Assembly: GCA_049320885.1 (NCBI GenBank)
Contig: JBMORA010000024.1
Location: forward strand, 71,317 to 135,316
DNA: 64,000 bases
Reading direction: 5' to 3'
From: Thermodesulfobacteriota bacterium
GTDB lineage: Bacteria > Desulfobacterota > Desulfobacteria > Desulfobacterales > SURF-7
The notes beneath the pieces are model-generated. The model worked only from the letters and a program-made list of their open reading frames with translations. It ran no database searches and was not told where the DNA came from. Of the stretch, positions 41,369 through 50,793 are shown in pieces (position 1 is the stretch's first letter; every line of letters begins with the position of its first letter). The translations under genes were made by a program, and so were the position numbers.

Positions 41369-41673
41369 TCGGTTTCCAGCCAGATGGACCGGACACCCGC
41401 CACCAGAACCTTCAGGAGCTTCTGCTCTTCCCGGTTCCGGGAATAATCGATGAGGCAGAGAACCTCTTCCGCCTGTTTGCAAAGAATCGAGCCTTCCCGG
41501 GTGAGGGCCATGCCCTTGGGACCGCGGGTGAACAAGGCAACCCCAAGCTCATCCTCCAGCGACTTGATATGGGCGCTGACGGACGGCTGGCTCGCATGCA
41601 GCCGATTCGCGGCCCGCGCCAAATGGCCCTCCCCGGCCACGGTGACAAAAGTTTTTAACTGGTACAGTTCCAT
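41365..41673 (-). pseudogene. Truncated LysR regulator (HTH only, 102 aa)
   Basis: MELYQLKTF..AA..L..SQPSVSAHIK.LE.ELG..LF.R; the effector domain is absent. Confidence 0.7.
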
Positions 41674-42004
41674 GGTCGCCTCATCCGCCTGTGGGTATCC
41701 TTTTCCCGGCCTGAATGCGAGAACCGGAAACAAATCAATGGAACCCCTTCTACCGGAATCCATCAAAACCTGTCAATCAGGTTTTCCGAAGACCATCATC
41801 GGATCATACAATTGGATCTTCCATCCAGCCCGCTCTATTCTTCGACGAAAAAGGAGGCGTCATGAATCGACCACAAGAAAAAAAACCGAAAAGGCCGGTA
41901 ACCGGGGGCATGGCAGGCTGGAAAACATCGGCGGGGGTTTTCTTTTCCGAAACCGATTCCCGCACCGGGGATCTGGTCCGGTGTCACGTTTCACCGCCGC
42001 CGCC

Positions 42005-42943
42005 CTATCCCCTGCGGGCTCCCTGGAAAGCGCTGCCGTGGATCGTCGTTTCCATCGGATATTTACCCTTCATGAGCGTCACCTGGTCCAGATAGAGCCG
42101 ATGATACATCAAGCCTTTGAGCTGGGTGATATCGGACAGCAGATAGTCGAGGTGGGGTCGAATGTCCAGGCCGTTCGAATTGAGGTTGAGGTCGTTGGCC
42201 TTATCGATGACCAGCACGGCATAGTAGTGCAGCAGGGTCCGTGTTTTTCCGTCCCGCCGCAGCATATAGCCGCGACCGCCGAGGGTGTTGAGTAAAAAAC
42301 AGGCATAGGGATACATCATCTTCAGGTTGGTTTGATTCAGACCGCTGCTGCACGTCGTCTGCCAGGAAAACAGCACCGCCATGGCCGGTTCCACAAGGGC
42401 CGCCTCCCGTATCAGAATGTTCCGGATCAGGAAGCACCGTTCCTTTCCCAGAACCCGGAAAAAATGCGTCAGGTTGGCCGTCAGCCGGAACAGGTTGTCC
42501 AACTCACCGACATTGATGGGCGGAGCGGCATTCAAATCCCGGTAAAGCTCCTCGAAAAACACCTCGGAGCTCCTGGCCGCCGGTGAACCGAAAAGTCCTT
42601 CCCGCCGGTCCAGGTAGGCAAACAACGCCACCACCTGGGCAGTGACCTGCCGGCAATCCATGGCGTTCATGCCGATGGGGACCAGCGGTTCTTCGGCACC
42701 GAAGGCCTCGGCCAGATCGGCCTTGCCGGGCTGGAGGTTGTTCGCCCGGCAGGCGGCCAGCTCGTCTTCCAATTGCTTCCGTTCGACCTTCAGGCCCTCC
42801 GTCTCCCGGGAATACGTTTCCCGCTCGGCCTGGAGGGCTTGCTTAATCGCTAAGTCATGGCGGCGGGTGATTTCCCGGTAACCGAACCAGCCGATTCCGG
42901 CCAGTAAAAAAACCACCGCTAGTGATTGGAAGAATTTTTTCAT
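42005..42943 (-). CDS. Membrane-anchored hypothetical protein
   Basis: N-terminal TM, coiled coil and helical domain. Confidence 0.8.
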   Translation of the reverse strand: MKKFFQSLAVVFLLAGIGWFGYREITRRHDLAIKQALQAERETYSRETEGLKVERKQLEDELAACRANNLQPGKADLAEAFGAEEPLVPIGMNAMDCRQVTAQVVALFAYLDRREGLFGSPAARSSEVFFEELYRDLNAAPPINVGELDNLFRLTANLTHFFRVLGKERCFLIRNILIREAALVEPAMAVLFSWQTTCSSGLNQTNLKMMYPYACFLLNTLGGRGYMLRRDGKTRTLLHYYAVLVIDKANDLNLNSNGLDIRPHLDYLLSDITQLKGLMYHRLYLDQVTLMKGKYPMETTIHGSAFQGARRG

Positions 42944-43004
42944 GTTCTTCGCTCCTTGCGGTTATGTTTGGGAAAAACCAGTCAACAAAGTGTTGCTTCT
43001 TTTT

Positions 43005-44282
43005 CTATCGGATTCCCAGGCGCTCCACCAGTCCCAGGCTAAGCTCCGGCACATAGGTGATGATCAACAGGCTGATGATCAGGATGATCAGGAACGGAAT
43101 GCTGGCGCGAAAAAGCGCCACAACGGAACGATTGAAACGGAAAGCGCCGATAAACAGGTTCATGCCCACCGGCGGGGTGTTATAGCCGATTTCCAGATTG
43201 GTCAGGAAGATGATCCCGAGATGCACGGGATCGATGCCGTAGTTGACGGCGATGGGCAGAATCAACGGAACCACCACCAGGATCGCGGAATAGATGTCCA
43301 GCAGACAGCCGACGATCAGCAGGAAAATATTCAAAAGGATCAGGAAGATGATTTTGGAGGAGATGAATTCCTGCATGACCTCGAAGATTTGCATGGGAAC
43401 TTCGGCGTCGATCAGGTAATTCGTCAATCCCACGGCCGAACCCAGAATGATGAGAATGCCGCCCACCAGCACCATGCTTTTCACCATGATCTGGGGGATC
43501 TGGGTAAGGGTCAAATCCCGATAGATGAAGACTTCGATGAACAGGGCGTACACAATGGTGATGGTGGCGATTTCTCCCAAAGTGACGAATCCGCCGTAGA
43601 TGCCCACGCCGATCAGGATGGGAATTAAAAGCTCCCATTTGGTTTTATTGGCGGCCCGGATCACTTCCCGGAAGGAGAAGGCGCTACGGACGGCCTTGGC
43701 CCGCCGGGCGGAAAAAATGCTGTAGAGGGACAACAGGACGATCAACAGCAGCCCCGGCACCATCCCGGCGGCGAACAGTTTATTGATGCTGGCCTGGGAA
43801 ACGACTCCGAACAAGATGACAGGCAGGCTCGGGGGAAATAACAGTCCCAGACTGCCGGAGGAAGTCAGCAGCCCCAGGGAAAAATTTTCCGGATATTTTT
43901 CCTTGAGCAGGGCCGGAAACAGCAGCCCGCCCAGGGCGATGATGGTTACGCCCGAGGCGCCGGTGAAGGCCGTGAAAAATGCGCAGGCCGCCAGGGAGAC
44001 AATGGCCAGGCCGCCGGGGAGCCAGCCCATGATGGCCTTGGAAAAATCAACGATGCGCACGGACGTCTTGCTTTCGGCCAGAATATAGCCGGCGAAGGTG
44101 AACAGCGGAATGGTATACAGCAGCGGCGTGTTGGAAAATTTATTATAGATGTCGACGACGATGGCCGTGATGGGAATGTCCGCCGCCATGAAACCGACGA
44201 TGGCGAACGCGGACATGACGATGAAAATAGGCGCCCCCAAAAAGGCCATGAGGAGAATAATGGCAATGATAGATAATGTCAA
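43005..44282 (-). CDS. dctM: TRAP transporter large permease
   Basis: IPLF..AG, GSLGLLFPPS, GIDPVHLG and TPPVGMNLF motifs; TTG start overlaps the dctQ stop. Confidence 0.93.
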   Translation of the reverse strand: MTLSIIAIILLMAFLGAPIFIVMSAFAIVGFMAADIPITAIVVDIYNKFSNTPLLYTIPLFTFAGYILAESKTSVRIVDFSKAIMGWLPGGLAIVSLAACAFFTAFTGASGVTIIALGGLLFPALLKEKYPENFSLGLLTSSGSLGLLFPPSLPVILFGVVSQASINKLFAAGMVPGLLLIVLLSLYSIFSARRAKAVRSAFSFREVIRAANKTKWELLIPILIGVGIYGGFVTLGEIATITIVYALFIEVFIYRDLTLTQIPQIMVKSMVLVGGILIILGSAVGLTNYLIDAEVPMQIFEVMQEFISSKIIFLILLNIFLLIVGCLLDIYSAILVVVPLILPIAVNYGIDPVHLGIIFLTNLEIGYNTPPVGMNLFIGAFRFNRSVVALFRASIPFLIILIISLLIITYVPELSLGLVERLGIR

Positions 44283-44836
44283 GTTCCCTGCCCTTTCACT
44301 ATCTTTTTCAGATTCAGCAGTGCCTGGAAGGCGAACCGCAGGGTGATCACGACGAAGCCGATGGGAATGACAATCTGCATGACCCATACCGGAATATCGA
44401 GGAAAGGAATCGTCGCCCGGCCTTCACGCTCGATGGCGACGAATTCATAGGCGGCATACACAAGCATGATGGAAACGATAATGGAAAAAATGTCCAGTAT
44501 GACCGTGACGAAGGGTTTCATCCTCCGCGGCAGCAATTTGGAGGCGATGTCGATCCGGATATGGCTTTGTTCGCGGGTCGCCAGACCCGCGCCGATGAAA
44601 CCGACCCACAGCACCATGTGCTTCACCATGGAATCTCCGCCGGCCACCCCGCTGTCGTATATATTCCGCATGCCGATCTGGACCAGAACCAGGACCACCA
44701 TGAATCCCAGACACAACACCAGGAGGCCTTTTTCAAGTCCGGCCATCCAATCGGTGATTTTCTCAAGATAGCCCTTATTCCCCTTGGCCTTCAGCCCCGG
44801 CCCGGTCCCATTGTTTTCCGTCCGATGATCTTCCAT
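44279..44836 (-). CDS. dctQ: TRAP transporter small permease
   Basis: Four TMs; WVGFIGA.LA....HIRID motif. Confidence 0.92.
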   Translation of the reverse strand: MEDHRTENNGTGPGLKAKGNKGYLEKITDWMAGLEKGLLVLCLGFMVVLVLVQIGMRNIYDSGVAGGDSMVKHMVLWVGFIGAGLATREQSHIRIDIASKLLPRRMKPFVTVILDIFSIIVSIMLVYAAYEFVAIEREGRATIPFLDIPVWVMQIVIPIGFVVITLRFAFQALLNLKKIVKGQGT

Positions 44837-44900
44837 CCACCCCACCTGTATGGCCATGAATCAAAAAGCACATTGCCGCCCGGCACCCGCTTCCGCCGGC

Positions 44901-45788
44901 CTAGAAAAATTCATCCGCCTGCGCGATCAGTTTCCGGGCCTTTTCCCGGGCGATCTCGTTAACGAGGTTTTTCTCGGGCATCAGACCGGGCGGCGCGTCG
45001 ATGATCTGTTGCAGGGTTTTTTCAAAAAGGGCCTGGTCCTGGAGTTGAACGGCATAGAAACGGGCATACAGAAAATGGAACACCAGGTATTTGTTCCCGG
45101 ATATTTCGAAGGCCTTGTCGAAATGGGCCTTGGCGAGCTCCGGCTGGCCCCCCAGGGTTTTCGAACGGGCGGCGTAATAGGCGCCCAGCATGGCGTGGAT
45201 GCTGCCGTACATGAACTGATCGTCCAATTCCTCGATCCGGAACATCATGGCTTCCACCTTGGGGATGTCCATCAGGAGTTCCGGGTTGTCCAGGTTGAAG
45301 GAAATATATTTCAGCCAGGTATTGGCGGCATAGAACAGGGCGGGAACATCCTCTTTCTCGAATGCCGCCAGGGTGGGCGTGAAATCATCCAGCGGTTTAT
45401 CCAGGGCCTGGATGAAATCTTCATTGTCCGCAAGGGCCCGCAGCGCATATCCCCTGGCCTTGAGATTCAGGTTGGCGGCCCGTTTCGGATCCGTTTCCTC
45501 GACGAAGGCAAAAGCATAACCGCTGTAGGATTCCGCCGCGGCCACCAGCAGTTCCTGGTTGTCCGGCGCCATTTCGATGAAGCCGTCCATCTGGAGCAGA
45601 CTGGCCGGCATGCCGTCCCGCACCAGGCCGGTGTCCGTGCTTTTGTTGACCGCCGCCTTGACGCTCTCCCGCATGGGCTTGATATTGGCCAGCATCATTT
45701 TCGTTCTCAGGGAGGCGCAACTGCAAATCACAAAAAACGGGAGGATCATCAGCAGTGGCCGAATCCAGGGGCTGCGCATCGTGTGCAT
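44901..45788 (-). CDS. TRAP transporter TatT component (TPR-like lipoprotein)
   Basis: Lipobox-like ICSC; Y..YAFAF, LGG.PE.AK.HF..A and YARFYAV..QD..LF patterns; adjacent to dctQM. Confidence 0.85.
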   Translation of the reverse strand: MHTMRSPWIRPLLMILPFFVICSCASLRTKMMLANIKPMRESVKAAVNKSTDTGLVRDGMPASLLQMDGFIEMAPDNQELLVAAAESYSGYAFAFVEETDPKRAANLNLKARGYALRALADNEDFIQALDKPLDDFTPTLAAFEKEDVPALFYAANTWLKYISFNLDNPELLMDIPKVEAMMFRIEELDDQFMYGSIHAMLGAYYAARSKTLGGQPELAKAHFDKAFEISGNKYLVFHFLYARFYAVQLQDQALFEKTLQQIIDAPPGLMPEKNLVNEIAREKARKLIAQADEFF

Positions 45789-45819
45789 CTGTTTTCTCCT
45801 AAAAGTAAATGCGGTGATT

Positions 45820-45875
45820 CTGGGCCCCCGCTTTCGCGGGAGCGACGGAATAGGGACTTTTTACCATGTCATCCA
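45820..45875 (-). repeat. REP-like element
   Basis: CTGGGCCCCCGCTTTCGCGGGAGCGACGG...GACTTTTTACCATGTCATCCA. Confidence 0.7.
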
Positions 45876-46043
45876 GGTTCGTCCGTTTCCGGAAACTGGT
45901 CCGGAAACAGATATCCCGTTTGTTGCAAAACGGGTTGCAAAAACATTTCTCACATCCACTGAACCTTGTTTAATAACGGCTGTTGCGTAACATGCGTTAT
46001 TATTCAAGTCAAGATGATTTTCCCAAGGTCCCGGAAGTTGAAA

Positions 46044-46547
46044 TCATTTGATTGCCGCGATCATGGCACGAATGCCGGCCCCGAATTCCCGATATTGTCC
46101 ATCCGTAAAATCACCGGTCAGGATCCATTCCAGGGCGTAATAAACGCCCAGATAATCGTAGGCGTACAACCCGAAGCGGTTTCGCAGATAATCGACATAC
46201 TCCCGGCAGACGAAAGCGATGCAGACCGGGCTTTTGTGGCTGGACAGAAGGCAGCCAGCATTCGGGCTGTGGTATTCGCAGGGAGACACGGGCGTGGGCC
46301 GGTCGCAGTCCCCGGGTTTGCCGAACCGTTTCTCCCGCTCCCGCTTCAGGAGCGCAAACGCCGGGTGATCCAGATCGTAGAGGGTGTAATAGGGTTTACG
46401 GCAGCATCCGGCCACCGGCCGGTTGCCGTTTTTCCGCATTTCGACCTGGATGCAGTTCTTCAGGCAGTAGTCCGAAGCAGCGAAAAATTCGTTCAGGAGC
46501 CGTTCCATCGCCAGATAGCGTCTCAGATTGGCTTCAATGTCCCGCAT
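46044..46547 (-). CDS. Cys-rich putative Zn/Fe-S protein
   Basis: CLKNC..GCC..PCEYH..GCLL..KSPVCIAFVC. Confidence 0.75.
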   Translation of the reverse strand: MRDIEANLRRYLAMERLLNEFFAASDYCLKNCIQVEMRKNGNRPVAGCCRKPYYTLYDLDHPAFALLKREREKRFGKPGDCDRPTPVSPCEYHSPNAGCLLSSHKSPVCIAFVCREYVDYLRNRFGLYAYDYLGVYYALEWILTGDFTDGQYREFGAGIRAMIAAIK

Positions 46548-46604
46548 GGATCGTCCGCCCCGTGATCCCTCCCCCGCCGAATGTCCGCGGGTGCACGGGA
46601 CCGG

Positions 46605-47486
46605 CTACATATCGCACCGCCCCCCCTCTCCGCCTCCATGCCGGACGGCGATAAAACAATTGTAGACCGCAGTCAACCCCAACACATAAAGGGCCGAGCA
46701 AACGCCCAGCAGTGCACTGATATACGGCGGGGCGCTGAGGGCCAGACGAAGCACCACAGTGGCCAGGGCGAACCCGGAGTTACGGAAAACCACGGCGAAA
46801 GTGCAGCTGTATCGCAGGGAGATGAGAACGATCAAGATATCGCTGAACACCAGAATCGTGTAGAAGGTATCGAAAAAATGGACGCGCGTATGGGTTCCGA
46901 TGAACACCAGGAAATAGTCCAGGCCCATCAGAATGAAAATCGCCAGCAGGGACAGGGAAACGACTTTTTTCGCGGAAATGAACCCGCCGCTTTCGACTTC
47001 GTCCCGGGTGATGGGCTGGTGATGGGATGTGCGATAGTACAGGACCAGGACGGCGAAGATCATCAGCGCTCCGAGGGAAACGCCCAGAATGTTCCAGATG
47101 GGCTCATAGGCATTGGTCCAGCCCAGGGGTTCCGGCAGGCCGGCGAATTCCTTGAAGGACTGGCGCAGCAGAATCAAGGCGAATATCTGGAATTGCTTGC
47201 CGATGGAATCCGAGAAAGACCTCGCGAGGCCGAATACCAGATCGATCATCTCAATGTACAATAGAAAGGTAAAAGCGGCGCTGATGGCGTGGAAATGGCT
47301 TTGGGGGATGAAATCCGCGGCCCAGGAGGGCAGAAATCCCCGGCGGCCGATCTCGATGAGCGCCAGCGACAAGAGATAGACCAGAATCAGGAATTTGCCG
47401 ATAAACCGGACCCGGATCCGGCTTTTCCATAGTTCCTCCGTCCATTGAAACCAGCCATCGGTTTTTTGGTATATATATCTAGTCAT
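46605..47486 (-). CDS. Multi-pass membrane hypothetical protein
   Basis: About 8 hydrophobic helices. Confidence 0.8.
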   Translation of the reverse strand: MTRYIYQKTDGWFQWTEELWKSRIRVRFIGKFLILVYLLSLALIEIGRRGFLPSWAADFIPQSHFHAISAAFTFLLYIEMIDLVFGLARSFSDSIGKQFQIFALILLRQSFKEFAGLPEPLGWTNAYEPIWNILGVSLGALMIFAVLVLYYRTSHHQPITRDEVESGGFISAKKVVSLSLLAIFILMGLDYFLVFIGTHTRVHFFDTFYTILVFSDILIVLISLRYSCTFAVVFRNSGFALATVVLRLALSAPPYISALLGVCSALYVLGLTAVYNCFIAVRHGGGEGGRCDM

Positions 47487-47697
47487 GCGCTCCCGGATAT
47501 TCGCACCCGGTTGTTGTGAACCGACTGTTTTATTATTATCCGCGCTCTTATCACATCCGGAGGACCCGGATCAATCGCTTTCGTTTCGGGATATCGACAT
47601 TCCTTGCGATTGCACCCTGGCCGATATCCTGATATGGGAGGAAATGTCGAACGCGTGAACCCCGATCCCGTTATTGTCAGCTGAAAAGGAGAAAGCC

Positions 47698-48969
47698 ATG
47701 AGCAAGATCAAACAGATTGAAATGTATCATGTCCGCATTCCCCTGGACGCCCCCTTTTATCCAAGCTGGATTCCGGGGTATCCGCAAACGGAAAACCGCT
47801 TCGACCTCATCCGGATCACCACCGAGGACGGTGTGGAAGGCTTCTCCGCCGGCCCGGCCATCGGACGGGAACGCAAGGGGTTTGGCGAGCTCATCGCCCC
47901 CTATCTCATCGACCACGACGCCACCGACATCCCCCTCGTGCAGCAGCGGCTGCGGGAGGTTTCCTATCTCGGCCTGCGCTGCCACTGGATGGAACCGGCT
48001 TTCTGGGATATCAAGGGCAAGCTGGCCGGCAAACCGGTCTACGAACTCCTCGGCGGATCCAGCCGGGAGGTGAAGCTGTATGCCTCCACCGGCGAAATCA
48101 AATCCCCCCAGGCCCGGGTGGAAGAAGTCCGCCAGCGATACGAGGAAGGTTTCCGGACCGTCAAGATCAGAATCCATGACTTTGACGTGAAAAAGGATCT
48201 GGAGCAGGTGGAAGCCGTGGCCAAGGCCATGGGGGACAAAATGAAAATCGGCGTGGATGCCAACCAGGCTTGGCGGGTGACCATCGTGAACGATGCGCCC
48301 CTGTGGGATCTTGCCCGGGCCAAATACTTCGCCGATGCCTGCGCGGACCTGGGCATCGCCTGGATCGAGGAACCCCTCCCCATGGACGACTACGAATCCC
48401 AGGCGGCCCTGACCGCCTACAGCAAGGTGCCCATCAGCGGGGGGGAAATCCATTCATCGGGCCTGCCGGAACTCAAGATGATGATCGAACGCCGCTGCTA
48501 TCATATCTTTCAACCGGATGCCGTCATGACCGGCGGTATCCATCAGGCCATGGAAGTCGCGCGGCTCTGCCGCCAGCATGGCCTGATCTATACCCCCCAT
48601 ACATGGACCAACGGCATCGGCTTCGGCATCAACCTGCAGCTCATGGTGGCTGCCGGGTTCGCCGACGCCAAACCCCTTGAGTATCCGCTCAATCCGCCGT
48701 CCTGGACGGTGGAAAAGCGGGACGGCGTCCTGGTGGAACCCTACCATCATTCCCGGGGAACGCTTACGCCTCCCAGCCGGCCCGGACTGGGCTTCGAAAT
48801 CGATTTCAAGGCCCTGCGGAAATACGGCCGCCGTTTTTTCAAAATGGGCCGACTGGGACTCAAGCTGTTCGCCGTCCGGGATAAGGGGCTCAAAACCGCC
48901 CTGGAAATCGACCGCAACCGCAAACGGTATGGCGTGAACGCGGCCGGAAAGAAAACTACCCATACCTGA
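47698..48969 (+). CDS. Mandelate racemase/muconate lactonizing enzyme family protein
   Basis: WDIKGK..G.PVYELLGG, KIR, VDAN, IEEP, GGE, QPD and PHTW motifs. Confidence 0.93.
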   Translation: MSKIKQIEMYHVRIPLDAPFYPSWIPGYPQTENRFDLIRITTEDGVEGFSAGPAIGRERKGFGELIAPYLIDHDATDIPLVQQRLREVSYLGLRCHWMEPAFWDIKGKLAGKPVYELLGGSSREVKLYASTGEIKSPQARVEEVRQRYEEGFRTVKIRIHDFDVKKDLEQVEAVAKAMGDKMKIGVDANQAWRVTIVNDAPLWDLARAKYFADACADLGIAWIEEPLPMDDYESQAALTAYSKVPISGGEIHSSGLPELKMMIERRCYHIFQPDAVMTGGIHQAMEVARLCRQHGLIYTPHTWTNGIGFGINLQLMVAAGFADAKPLEYPLNPPSWTVEKRDGVLVEPYHHSRGTLTPPSRPGLGFEIDFKALRKYGRRFFKMGRLGLKLFAVRDKGLKTALEIDRNRKRYGVNAAGKKTTHT

Positions 48970-49068
48970 AGGCCTGCGGGGGGTTGCGCGTGATGGACAG
49001 CCGTGTTCGCGGGAGGGCAAGGCCCGGGGAGGAAAGCGGGAGCGCCGGGCCGGAATGTCGCACCTGAA

Positions 49069-49689
49069 CTAAAAATTATCCATGGCCTCCTTCCGTTGAA
49101 TATCGCTGAGATCCCGCTTGATCGGTCTGTCGGCAGTCGTCGGCCGGGCCAGATGTTTCCATTCACGGCTCCAATAGTTGATTTCAAAAGTGACGTTGAA
49201 ATTGGCGCCGGTCAGCAGCAGCTCGATTTCCGTTTTGTCGTTGATCCATATGGTGCGGCAGGTCAGTTTCCCGGTGCTGACGGCGGCACCCCACTGACTG
49301 GGTTCGTTTTTGAAATAATCGCCGCCCTTCCAGATTTTCTGATCTTCCTTGGGTTGGCCGTATTTTTCGGTCAGGATGGCTGTGAAATCCGCAAAATCCT
49401 GCATATATTTGTTTTCGTTCAGGTGCGGAGCAACCGGCTCGTAGGTCGCGCCGATTAAACGGTCGGAAGAGAACCAGTATTTGACCAGCATTTCCCTGCC
49501 CAGCAACCGGGCTTCAAAAACCATCTGATCATCCCCCGCCGATAGCGGCTTTTGGGCTTCGGCGGCACGGATTTTCTTCCGGGGCTGTCCCCAGTCGACT
49601 TTCCGGAAATCATGCCGGCCGCCAAGGCAGATAGGCGGCATGAACGCCAGCAACGCAGTCAATACCAATACGGCCTGAAAGGTTTTCAT
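49069..49689 (-). CDS. Exported hypothetical protein
   Basis: GAGGAGG RBS; signal peptide; DFRKVDWG and LTEKYG.P patterns. Confidence 0.8.
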   Translation of the reverse strand: MKTFQAVLVLTALLAFMPPICLGGRHDFRKVDWGQPRKKIRAAEAQKPLSAGDDQMVFEARLLGREMLVKYWFSSDRLIGATYEPVAPHLNENKYMQDFADFTAILTEKYGQPKEDQKIWKGGDYFKNEPSQWGAAVSTGKLTCRTIWINDKTEIELLLTGANFNVTFEINYWSREWKHLARPTTADRPIKRDLSDIQRKEAMDNF

Positions 49690-49907
49690 CGATTCCTCCT
49701 CTGTTTGGTCGGCGTTCCAACGGTTGGTCGGGCCCTGTTTTCAGGGCCCTGCAAACCCGCCGCATCCGTATGGCCATCGGAGGCCACCAGGGATGCGATC
49801 ATTGAATCCGCTTGCCGCCCCGGAAACCATAACCGATTCCGGCACCGGATGGCAACCTGTTTTCGAGCGGCTGATGAAAAGTTAACTTATTGTATTAATA
49901 AAAATTA

Positions 49908-49936
49908 TTGACACAACCCTTTCGCTGATCTATATT
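49908..49936 (+). promoter_or_regulatory. sigma70 promoter
   Basis: TTGACA-17 bp-TATATT with an AT-rich upstream region. Confidence 0.65.
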
Positions 49937-50043
49937 GTCGATGAATATCGAATCAAAGAAACAGGCTTCTTCCGCCCGGCTGCATCGGACCAATCGGTTT
50001 GCTTTTCATCTTGTACCGGTTTTCAGGAGGCAGGTGCCCGACC

Positions 50044-50793
50044 ATGCGTCGTTTGTTGACCGTATCGCTTCTCATCTCCCTGCTTGCCACCGCAAGCTCC
50101 GCCCAGACCATTGACGATCTTTTTCTGATGAGCGAGGAATTTCCACCTTACAATTTCAGGGAAAATGGCGAAACCAAGGGCACCTCCATCGATCTGATGG
50201 TGTTGATCCTGCAAAAACTGAATTCCAGACAGGGCCGCAACGATATTCATATCCTGCCCTGGGCCAGGGCCTACAAATATCTCCTGGAACGCCCTGATAC
50301 GGTCTTGTTCGCCATGACCCGAACGCACGAGCGGGAAAAACTCTTCAAATGGGTCGGCCCCATATCCACCGCGAGAAATGTCCTCATCGCCCGGAAGGAA
50401 AAACGGATCACCATCCATTCAACCGACGATATCAAACGATTCAAGGTGGGAGCGGTGCGCAATGACGCCGGTGCCCAGCTCGTGGCCTGGAAAGCGGGAA
50501 CCGGGATGGAGGCGGTCACCGTCCTGCCGGATGCCATTCAATGCATTCAGATGCTGAACCGGGGCGGGATCGACCTGTTCGCCTACGATGAAAACGTCAT
50601 GGCCTGGCTGATCAATAAAAACTCGTTGAATCCCCTGGACTATGAAGTCGTGTTTGTATTGGAGGAGGGCTTCCATTATTTCGGCTTTCATCGGGAAACA
50701 CCCGACCCCTTGATCGAACAGTTCCAGAAAGCCCTTGACGACATCAAGGCCCTGGGGACCTACGATGCAATTAAAAAGAGATATCTTCCATGA
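50044..50793 (+). CDS. Family 3 periplasmic solute-binding protein
   Basis: EEFPPYNF, PWARA and RT.ERE..FKWVGPI motifs. Confidence 0.9.
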   Translation: MRRLLTVSLLISLLATASSAQTIDDLFLMSEEFPPYNFRENGETKGTSIDLMVLILQKLNSRQGRNDIHILPWARAYKYLLERPDTVLFAMTRTHEREKLFKWVGPISTARNVLIARKEKRITIHSTDDIKRFKVGAVRNDAGAQLVAWKAGTGMEAVTVLPDAIQCIQMLNRGGIDLFAYDENVMAWLINKNSLNPLDYEVVFVLEEGFHYFGFHRETPDPLIEQFQKALDDIKALGTYDAIKKRYLP

